A stretch of 64,000 bases of DNA from Spirochaetia bacterium. Lineage in GTDB: Bacteria; Spirochaetota; Spirochaetia; SZUA-6; Bin103. Positions 56,151 through 64,000 of this stretch are shown piece by piece. A program made the translations under genes and the position numbers. The notes below the pieces were generated by a model, which saw nothing but the letters and a program-made list of their open reading frames with translations, did no database searches and was not told where the DNA came from. The first letter of the stretch is position 1; each line of letters starts with the position of its first letter. The DNA lies in assembly GCA_965203055.1 (NCBI GenBank), contig OZ241863.1:3104001-3168000 (forward strand), given 5' to 3'.

Positions 56151-59100
56151 CCGGCGGGAGCTGCTGAGCGATCTGCGGCGCCAGCTCCGGCTGCTGGAGC
56201 GGGACCTGGCCGCGCGCGCCGACGGCGTGCCGGAGATGGCCGCCGCGCTGCAGGCGGAGTATCAGGCGGCGCGCGCCGCCGAGCGCACCGCCGCGACCTT
56301 CCGCGTCTGGCGCGCCGGCGAACTCACCCAGGCCGCAGTCGCGTGGCTGCTCGGCGCCGTGTTCGTGCGCTTCATCGAGGACAACGGGCTGATCGACGAG
56401 CCGCTGATCAGCGGCCCGAACCGCGCCATCGATCGGGCGGAGGAGCGCCAGCTACGCTACTTTCGCTCCCATCCCACCGCGACCGACCGCGACTACCTGC
56501 TTCACGGGTTCGCCGCCGTCGCCCGCCTGCCGGCGCTGGCCATGCTCTACGACCGCGCCCGCAACCCGGTGTGGCGCCTCGGCATCTCCGGCGACGCGGC
56601 GCGCGGCCTGCTGGAGTTCTGGCGCACCGTGAACCCGGACACCGGCGTGCTGCGCCACGACTTCACCGACTCCGAGTGGGACACCCGCTTCCTGGGCGAC
56701 CTGTACCAGGACCTGTCCGACGACGCCAAGAAGCGCTACGCCCTGTTGCAGACGCCGGAGTTCGTCGAGGAGTTCATCCTGGAGCGCACGCTGACGCCGG
56801 CGCTGGAACAGTTCGGGCTGGCCGCAGTGCGCCTGATCGACCCGGCCTGCGGCTCCGGTCACTTCCTGCTCGGCGCGTTCCAGCGGCTGCTGCGCCGGTG
56901 GCGCGCCTGCGAGCCCGAAGCGCCGAAACAGGAGCTGGCGCAGCGCGCGCTGGCCGCCGTGCACGGCGTGGACGTCAACCCGTTCGCGACGGCGATCGCG
57001 CGCTTCCGGCTGGTGGTGGCGGCGCTGCGGGCGAGCGGCATCAGGCGCCTGCGAGAGGCGCCGGCGTTCCCGCTCAACGTGGCCGCCGGCGACAGCCTGC
57101 TCCACGGACGCCGCTTCGGGGAGCTGGACCTGGGCAGCGGCGCGGAACAGCACGCGCTCACCGGCCAGGCCGAGTTCGCGCACGCCTTCCAGTCCGAAGA
57201 CCTCGACGCCCTGAACCGCATCCTCGGCCAGCAATATCACGTGGTGGTAGGGAACCCTCCCTACATCACGGTGAAGGACAAGGCGGTCAACCAGTTGTAC
57301 CGAGCCCGCTACACGACCTGCCGCATGAAGTACGCCATGGGCGTACCGTTCGCCGAGCGACTGTTCGATTTGGCGCTGCACGGCGACTCGGCCGGGTACG
57401 TCGGACAGATCACCTCCAACTCGTTCATGAAGCGCGAGTTCGGCAAGAAGCTGATAGAACGGTTCTTCTCACAGCTCGATCTGACTCACGTCGTCGATAC
57501 GTCGGGGGCCTACATCCCGGGACATGGCACGCCCACCGTGATTCTGGTTGGCCGATCACGCGCTCCGGCGGCCGATACCGTCAGATGCGTGATGGGACTC
57601 CGGGGCGAGCCGACGCCGCCTGCGGTCCCGTCGCGCGGGCGGGTATGGACGGCGATCGTCGAACAGATAGACCGGACCGAAAGCGAATCCGAATGGGTCA
57701 GCGTGGTCGATTACGAACGACGCCACCTGAACGTTCATCCCTGGTCGCTCGGCGGAGGCGCCGCCGTCGATCTGAAGCGGAAGCTGGATGAGTGCGGGGC
57801 CGCGACCCTTGGGCAACGATCGACCGCGATTGGGGTCATGGCGGTAACCGGAGAAGATGAGGTCTTCTCACGTCCAAGTGGTCGAGACTTCGAGCGTCTT
57901 GGCGTAGTGCAGCGTGTATTGCGCCCGTTTGTGGAAGGTAATCGCATTCGTGACTGGGCCATTGCATCGTCGTCCATTTGCGTCTACGACTATGATGCAA
58001 CGGGTTCATTCGTCGCATCCGACACGCCGCCGCCAGTTTTCTGGCCTTATCGAACCAGGTTGCGATCCGGATTAGCGTTTGGTAAGACACGTCAAGAGCG
58101 GGGGATGAACTGGCGTGAATTGTCGTTCGTTATGAAGGACAAGCTCTACACTCTCCTTTCCATTTCCTTAGCCGAAGTTGCTACTCACAATCACTTCGTG
58201 TTCGATCGCGGCGGACGAGTCTTCTCCCAAACCGCGCCCGTGATCAAACTACCGAAGGATGCCAGCGAAACGGATCATCTTGCACTGGTGGGAATCCTCA
58301 ACAGTTCCACGGCGTGCTTCTGGCTGAAGCAGGTAGCGCACAATAAGGGAAGTACCGTCGATGTGAGGGGTGCGCGCCAAACCACCGATTCATTCGAGAA
58401 CTTCTTCCAATTCAATGCTACCAAATTGAAGGGCATTCCGCTTCCTGCCGAGCGTCCTGACAAGCTTGCGGAAGCAATTGATCGCCTTGCTGCTGAGCGG
58501 CAGTCCCATCTGCCGGCGCAACTGACCGACCGCTTTCCCCTGACGCCGGAGGAACTGGATGCTCACTGCGACGCTGCGGCGTCTCTGCAGGCGCGCATGA
58601 TCGCCCTGCAGGAGGAACTCGACTGGGAGTGCTACCGCCTCTACGGCATCATCGACGAAGACTGCCGGTATTCCGCCGGCAACGGCACCGGAGACCGCTC
58701 CGAACCGCCTCCGCTGGCGCTGGGGGAGCGCGCCTTCGAGATCGTCATGGCGCGGCGGATGGCGGCGGGCGAACTGGAGACCCGGTGGTTCGAGCGCCAC
58801 GGCTCCACCCCGATCACCGAGGCGCCGGCCCACTGGCCGGAGGACCACCGCGCCCTGGTTGCCCGCCGCATCGAGCTGATCGGGTCCGACCGCTTCGTCG
58901 GGCTGCTCGAAAGGCCGGAGTACAAGCGCCGCTGGAACACCGAACCGTGGGAGGATCAGGAACGGCGCGCCCTCCGCGCCTGGCTCCTCGACCGGCTGGA
59001 GTCGCCCGCCTACTGGCCGGAGCCCCGGCTCACCACCGTCCGCGAGCTCGCCGCGCGGGCGGCCGCGGATGCCGACTTTCAGCAGGCCGCCGCCCGCTTC

Positions 59101-59790
59101 TCCTATCGCGCCTACGGCTACCTCGACGCGCTGATCGCCGAGCTGGTGGAGGCCGAAAGCGTGCCGGCGCTGCCGGCGCTGCGCTACAAGCCCTCCGGCC
59201 TGGCCAAGCGCGCCGACTGGGAGGCGGTCTGGGCCGCGCAGCGGCGCGAGGACGAAATCGACGCCGAAACGGCCGCCGCGACCCCTCGACTAGCCGGCGA
59301 GACCGAAGATCAGCATGCCGCCCGCCTCAAGACTGAACAGGACCGCCGCAAGCGGGACGAGCTCGGCGACCTGGCGCCGCCGCCCAAGTACCGCGCGGGC
59401 GACTTTCTGAAAGCCGGCTACTGGCGTCTGCGCGGCGCCCTCGACGTGCCCAAGGAGCGCTTCTTCAGCTTGCCGGGCGTGAGCGGCGACGACGATCCCA
59501 CGCTCCTGGTCGGCTGCGCCGGGTGGGACCACTTGACCCTCTGCCAGGCGCTGGCCGCCTACTACAACGAGGCCGACGAGCGCGACGGCTGGACCGCGGC
59601 CCGGGCCGCCCCGCTGCTGGCGGCGATCCGGGAGCACGTGCCGTGGCTCAAGCAGTGGCACAACGACCTCGACGAGGAATACCAGGAGCGTCTGGGCGAC
59701 GTCTACGACAGCTTCGTTCGCTCGCAACTCGCGCGGTTCCGTCTGACCGAACACGATCTGCGGCACTGGGCGCCGCCGGGGCGCTCCTGA
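56140..59790 (+). CDS. pglX: BREX type 2 adenine methyltransferase PglX
   Basis: [14 protein letters not shown]...[49 protein letters not shown] and [11 protein letters not shown] motifs. Confidence 0.95.
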   Translation: MPIDRRELLSDLRRQLRLLERDLAARADGVPEMAAALQAEYQAARAAERTAATFRVWRAGELTQAAVAWLLGAVFVRFIEDNGLIDEPLISGPNRAIDRAEERQLRYFRSHPTATDRDYLLHGFAAVARLPALAMLYDRARNPVWRLGISGDAARGLLEFWRTVNPDTGVLRHDFTDSEWDTRFLGDLYQDLSDDAKKRYALLQTPEFVEEFILERTLTPALEQFGLAAVRLIDPACGSGHFLLGAFQRLLRRWRACEPEAPKQELAQRALAAVHGVDVNPFATAIARFRLVVAALRASGIRRLREAPAFPLNVAAGDSLLHGRRFGELDLGSGAEQHALTGQAEFAHAFQSEDLDALNRILGQQYHVVVGNPPYITVKDKAVNQLYRARYTTCRMKYAMGVPFAERLFDLALHGDSAGYVGQITSNSFMKREFGKKLIERFFSQLDLTHVVDTSGAYIPGHGTPTVILVGRSRAPAADTVRCVMGLRGEPTPPAVPSRGRVWTAIVEQIDRTESESEWVSVVDYERRHLNVHPWSLGGGAAVDLKRKLDECGAATLGQRSTAIGVMAVTGEDEVFSRPSGRDFERLGVVQRVLRPFVEGNRIRDWAIASSSICVYDYDATGSFVASDTPPPVFWPYRTRLRSGLAFGKTRQERGMNWRELSFVMKDKLYTLLSISLAEVATHNHFVFDRGGRVFSQTAPVIKLPKDASETDHLALVGILNSSTACFWLKQVAHNKGSTVDVRGARQTTDSFENFFQFNATKLKGIPLPAERPDKLAEAIDRLAAERQSHLPAQLTDRFPLTPEELDAHCDAAASLQARMIALQEELDWECYRLYGIIDEDCRYSAGNGTGDRSEPPPLALGERAFEIVMARRMAAGELETRWFERHGSTPITEAPAHWPEDHRALVARRIELIGSDRFVGLLERPEYKRRWNTEPWEDQERRALRAWLLDRLESPAYWPEPRLTTVRELAARAAADADFQQAAARFSYRAYGYLDALIAELVEAESVPALPALRYKPSGLAKRADWEAVWAAQRREDEIDAETAAATPRLAGETEDQHAARLKTEQDRRKRDELGDLAPPPKYRAGDFLKAGYWRLRGALDVPKERFFSLPGVSGDDDPTLLVGCAGWDHLTLCQALAAYYNEADERDGWTAARAAPLLAAIREHVPWLKQWHNDLDEEYQERLGDVYDSFVRSQLARFRLTEHDLRHWAPPGRS

Positions 59791-59791
59791 A

Positions 59792-62791
59792 ATGCCCGCC
59801 ATCCGCCCGCTGCCTCTCGACCAGAAGTGGAAGCAGCGACTCGACCTCACTGCGCGCACGGCGCCCGATCTCTACGAGGACGCCGCCGCCGTAACGGACA
59901 CCCCGCACGCCCGCGCGATACGCACTACCTTTCGGGACTTGCGCGCGTCGGCCGTGTTCTGCACGCACCGCGTGCCGGCGGTCGTCATCCTGTCGGTCGA
60001 AACCTACGACCGCCGCGCCGTGATCGACCTGCAGGCGAAGCTGTGGAACCAGGGCCTCGCCCACCTGCTCCTCGTCATCGCCGGCGACACGGTACGAGCC
60101 TTTTCGCTGGCGCGCATCCCCCGCCGGGGGAACGACGAAGACTTCGACGACCGCTGCCTCGCCTGGGAGTTGGATGCGGTCGCGCAAGCGCTCGAAGTCA
60201 ACAACCTCATCCATGGCGCCGAATCCGGCCGCCTCTGGGAGCATCCCAAGTTCCGATCGGAGGAACGGATCGACCGGGTGCTCCTGGACAACCTGAAGGA
60301 GTCGCATACGCGGCTACTGGACGGCATGTCCCCGGCCGCAGCTCAGGCGCTGCTCATCCAATCGATGTTCATCGCCTACCTGGAGGACCGGGAGATCGTC
60401 AGCCCCGACTATCTGCGGGCTGCCACCGGCGGCCGCGCGGCCAGCTTTCTGGACATCCTGAAGTCGGGAAGCGTGGCCGCGCTCGATCGCCTCTTCGAGC
60501 GGTTGCGAGACGATTTCAATGGCGACCTCTTCATCGCGCCCTGCTCCTTCGCGGCGGCCAATCGTCATCCGCCTCCCGAACCTCGTCATCTGGAGATTCT
60601 GTCCCGCTTCCGTTCCAGTGAACAGGAGATGGGCAGCGGGCAGTATCGCTTCTGGGGGTATGACTTCAAGTACATGCCCATCGAGTTGATAAGCGCCGTC
60701 TATGACCGGTTCCTGGGCGATCTAGGAACGGTGCGGCGTGGCCGCGGCGCCTACTACACGCCGCGATTCGTCGCGGACCTGGCGATTTCGCAGATCGCCG
60801 ACAGGCTGCCGAGCGAGAAGTTACTCGACCTGCGATTTCTGGACCCGGCGTGCGGGTCGGGTATATTTCTCGTGCGTTGCTTCCAGCTCCTCTGCGAGCA
60901 GCGCCGGCGCGCAACCGAACGCTCCCAAAGGATCCCTTGGGAATCCCTGCTTGCGATGCTTTCCAGACTGGAAGGATGGGACATCGACGAGGCCGCCGTA
61001 CGGGTGGCAGTGTTTTCGTTGTACGTAGCGCTGCTCGAAGAGGTGGAACCGCCCGACATCCAGGCGCTCATCGAGCGTGGCAATCTGTTGCCCGGGTTGT
61101 GGGAGCGCACCCTTCGCGCGCGTGATTTCTTCGCCGTTGATCCAGGTGATGAGAGCGCGCAGGCGGACGTCATCGTTGGCAACCCGCCATGGTCCAGCCG
61201 CGGCCAACCGGAGCGGCGCTCCATCGAGTGGTGCGCGACAGAAGGTCTCCCCATGCCGGGTCGGGAAGAAGCGTGGGCGTTCGTCTGGAAGTCGCTGCGG
61301 CACCTGCGGACGGGCGGCGTCATCGCCCTGCTCCTGCCATCCATGGGGTTCCTGCACAACCACGCCGGCAGCGCGGTCCGGGCGCGAAAGGACCTTCTGC
61401 GCGCCGCCCGGATCTTCCGCATCGTCAATCTTTCCGATCTGCGATTCCAGTTGTTCGATAGCGCGGTCCGGCCCGCCGCCCTGATCGTCTTCGGCCACGC
61501 CGATCCGAAAGAGCGTCCTTATTCGTTCGAGTACTTGACGCCGAAGGCGGACCTCAACCTGAAGAATCGCCGCTTGATCACGCTCAGCAGCGCTGACAAA
61601 CACTCGCTCACGTCGCCGATGGTGGAAGATGATCCATCGATCTTCAAGCGCTTCATGTGGATAAGCGATCCTGAAGAAAAACTGTTTCGCTATCTGTCCT
61701 CTCTGCCCCGCTTAGAAGAGCAAATTACGATCCTCAGTTATCAATGGACCGATCACTTGTCCTGTTCGAGTCACAAGGGATTTGAGGAGGTGTTGACTGG
61801 ACCGCGCGTTCTGGTTCTAAGAGGAGCGACCTATACGAAACAGATGCGCCTGCGTGCTACGTACGTCGAAGCCCGTGTTACGTTTCAGGACAGGATTCAG
61901 ACGATTGTCCATCTGTGCGGCGGAGAACCTCGTGCGAAGCTGTTGACTGCGCTTATCAACAGCAAGATTGCGGTATGGTTCATGTTTCATGGTGCGCCGT
62001 TATTCGGGGTCGAGCGCCCGGACGTCCAAGGAGATGAGTTGCGACTTCTTCCTTTTCCTCGGCCTGACGACCTGCCCGACAGGGCGCGGTCTCGAGCGGC
62101 CGCCGACCAGATGATTTCCGTCATCAACGAGTTGATGCGGGCGTCGGATTATCCGTTCGGCAGTATCGACGACGCGGTCTTCGCGGAGATCGATCGCCTG
62201 GCCTACGACTTCTTCGGTCTGACCGATGAGGAGATCATCCTGGTCGAGGACACGGTGGCGCACGTCATCCCCGCCGTCCATCCGGCTCGCAACAGCGTTC
62301 CCGAAATATGGCGTTCCCCTACACTGGAGGACCGGCGGCGCTATGCTCAGGCGCTGCTGCGCCGTATGAGCGACTGGTTCGAAGGTGACTACACGGTAGC
62401 GGCGAGGCTCGAAGCGCATAACGAGGACTTGGCGATGCTGCGTCTCACCCTGCAGCGGGAGCATGGGGCGGCTGAGTACCACGAGCTGGAATCATCACGG
62501 GTCAATCACGTTCTGGCGGACCTGGCCGCGCAGGTGGGCCGGCCCCTCGCCGGCAACTTTCAGTTGCTGCCCAATTTTCGCCTTGTCACGGGCGACCATC
62601 TCTATCTCGTCAAGCCGGCGCAGAAGCGGTTCTGGCTGCAATCGGCGGCCATCGCCGACGCCGACGCCATAGCCCTCGATCTGCACGACGCCTTGAAGGT
62701 AACGCCGCGTTCGGCGGAGGGATTCGTGAGTGACCATATTCGGGAGAGTGGCACCGCGATCGAGATACGTCATACGATGCTGTCGTTCTGA
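59792..62791 (+). CDS. Large N6/N4 DNA methyltransferase (type IIG / Eco57I-like)
   Basis: LWNQG, FNGDLF, PIELISAVYDRFL, GAYYTP, LDPACGSGIFL and GNPPW motifs. Confidence 0.88.
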   Translation: MPAIRPLPLDQKWKQRLDLTARTAPDLYEDAAAVTDTPHARAIRTTFRDLRASAVFCTHRVPAVVILSVETYDRRAVIDLQAKLWNQGLAHLLLVIAGDTVRAFSLARIPRRGNDEDFDDRCLAWELDAVAQALEVNNLIHGAESGRLWEHPKFRSEERIDRVLLDNLKESHTRLLDGMSPAAAQALLIQSMFIAYLEDREIVSPDYLRAATGGRAASFLDILKSGSVAALDRLFERLRDDFNGDLFIAPCSFAAANRHPPPEPRHLEILSRFRSSEQEMGSGQYRFWGYDFKYMPIELISAVYDRFLGDLGTVRRGRGAYYTPRFVADLAISQIADRLPSEKLLDLRFLDPACGSGIFLVRCFQLLCEQRRRATERSQRIPWESLLAMLSRLEGWDIDEAAVRVAVFSLYVALLEEVEPPDIQALIERGNLLPGLWERTLRARDFFAVDPGDESAQADVIVGNPPWSSRGQPERRSIEWCATEGLPMPGREEAWAFVWKSLRHLRTGGVIALLLPSMGFLHNHAGSAVRARKDLLRAARIFRIVNLSDLRFQLFDSAVRPAALIVFGHADPKERPYSFEYLTPKADLNLKNRRLITLSSADKHSLTSPMVEDDPSIFKRFMWISDPEEKLFRYLSSLPRLEEQITILSYQWTDHLSCSSHKGFEEVLTGPRVLVLRGATYTKQMRLRATYVEARVTFQDRIQTIVHLCGGEPRAKLLTALINSKIAVWFMFHGAPLFGVERPDVQGDELRLLPFPRPDDLPDRARSRAAADQMISVINELMRASDYPFGSIDDAVFAEIDRLAYDFFGLTDEEIILVEDTVAHVIPAVHPARNSVPEIWRSPTLEDRRRYAQALLRRMSDWFEGDYTVAARLEAHNEDLAMLRLTLQREHGAAEYHELESSRVNHVLADLAAQVGRPLAGNFQLLPNFRLVTGDHLYLVKPAQKRFWLQSAAIADADAIALDLHDALKVTPRSAEGFVSDHIRESGTAIEIRHTMLSF

Positions 62792-62822
62792 CGAATCTAT
62801 CTGTGGATGGAGATGATGAGCT

Positions 62823-64000
62823 ATGGCTGACGAGATGAATCAGATGGAGTTCGAGCGACTCGGAATCGGCAGCGTGCTGCGAAGGTATCGTCTCTTCGTT
62901 CCGCCGAACCAAAGGGAATACGCATGGACCGAGCGCGAGGTTTCGACGCTCTTCCGGGACTATGGACGAGCGCTCGAAGACGGGTCATCATATTTTCTTG
63001 GCACCATCGTTGCCATATCGAGACCGGATGGCATGCTCGAGGTGGTGGACGGACAACAGCGTCTTGCTACCACGTCGCTTCTCCTTGCTGCCATCCGGGA
63101 CTATCTGGACGACGACAGGATCTACCAGTCGATCAATAGCGACTTCCTTGTCAGTTTCGATTGGGCAAAGCGGGAGAGTGTCCCCAAGCTGCGGATGAAC
63201 GTCGACGACAACGAGCTGTTCGAGCACATCATCACCGGGTCTTCCTCTGACGCGCATCCGCAGACGACGAAGGAATCGCAGGTGCGCCTGCGAACTGCGT
63301 ACCGAATCGCCAGCGAGCACGTGGAGAAGATCGCGCAGCCGTGGGACCCGTGGGAACGCCGTAACATCTTTGGCGATTGGGTTTCGTTCGTCGAGCAGGG
63401 CGCCTTTGTCGTTCTCATCCGTATGTCGAACGACGCGCACGCCTACCGCATGTTCGAGACGCTCAACGACCGGGGTCTGCGTACTTCTCAAGCTGATCTG
63501 ATAAAGAACTTTCTGTTCAGCCGGTCGGTCGACCGGGTGCAGGAAATACGGCACCGATGGTACCACATGCGGGGCGCGCTTGAGACGCTGGGAGATGATG
63601 ACGTCACGGTGGATTTCTTGCGCGCGGCGGTCATCGTGACTCGCGGCCACACCCGGGAATCGCAAGTCTACGAATCGGTTCAGAACATCGCCAAGACCGA
63701 AAACACGGCGCTGGGATTCGCCTCTACGATCGAACGTCTGGCCCATACGTACGTGGCGACGTTCATCAGTTCACATGAGAAATGGAACGGTTGCCCGCCG
63801 GGTGTCAGGAGTGCGATAGAGGTGCTCGATCTGCTGGACGTACGGGCCATGCGACCGCTGCTGCTTGCCGCGGCCAGCAGGTTCTCTCACAGGGAATTGG
63901 CGGCCACCTTCCGGTTTGCCGTCGCGTTGAGCGTTCGGCTTGTCGTTGCCAATTCGCCGCGCGGCGCGTCGGCTGAGATGCCGCTGGGGGAGGTTGCGAA
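62823..64000 (+). CDS. DUF262 (GmrS/ParB-like) protein, GmrSD type IV restriction family; truncated by the window edge
   Basis: Absent from the ORF track. Hand translation gives MADEMNQMEF...VPPNQREYAW...YFLGTI...VVDGQQRL...FETLNDRG...DLIKNFLF, with the last stretch before 64000 in the same frame. Confidence 0.9.
   Translation, partial: MADEMNQMEFERLGIGSVLRRYRLFVPPNQREYAWTEREVSTLFRDYGRALEDGSSYFLGTIVAISRPDGMLEVVDGQQRLATTSLLLAAIRDYLDDDRIYQSINSDFLVSFDWAKRESVPKLRMNVDDNELFEHIITGSSSDAHPQTTKESQVRLRTAYRIASEHVEKIAQPWDPWERRNIFGDWVSFVEQGAFVVLIRMSNDAHAYRMFETLNDRGLRTSQADLIKNFLFSRSVDRVQEIRHRWYHMRGALETLGDDDVTVDFLRAAVIVTRGHTRESQVYESVQNIAKTENTALGFASTIERLAHTYVATFISSHEKWNGCPPGVRSAIEVLDLLDVRAMRPLLLAAASRFSHRELAATFRFAVALSVRLVVANSPRGASAEMPLGEVA

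Noticed and set aside
62988..63746. 252-aa minus-strand ORF
   Set aside because: Antisense to the DUF262 gene, which the ORF track missed because it has no stop inside the window.

Overview
Very GC-rich, gene-dense bacterial DNA in which ordinary transport and catabolic genes alternate with defence-type cargo. 1-9.5 kb: a minus-strand operon behind a cobalamin riboswitch (btuC/F/D-like ABC importer, cobT-cobS-cobU-cobC), followed by a peptide-binding protein, an FmdB zinc-ribbon protein and a desaturase-like gene. 9.6-25 kb: an Rpn/YhgA nuclease with an apparent internal start, a sulfatase, SnoaL and HpcH proteins, a Gld-like ABC system, two ABC exporter halves and a dpp-type importer. 25.4-38.8 kb: a defence-like patch with a retropepsin, a coupled pair of ATPases, ABC-ATPase + PIN-like gene, an ABC-ATPase-TOPRIM fusion, MerR + VIT-vWA and an MNT-HEPN pair. 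38.8-43.9 kb: an enolase-superfamily enzyme and a sugar ABC importer. 44-46 kb: a methyltransferase relic and a frameshifted HNH element with its own promoter, internal palindromic repeats and imperfect flanking direct repeats. 49.7-64 kb: a type 2 BREX (Pgl) locus in which pglW and pglX are interleaved with an ABC ATPase, an uncharacterised low-GC two-gene cassette, a second large methyltransferase and a DUF262/GmrSD gene that runs off the window. No rRNA, tRNA or CRISPR array was seen. Family names come from recognising motifs by eye; no database search was run.
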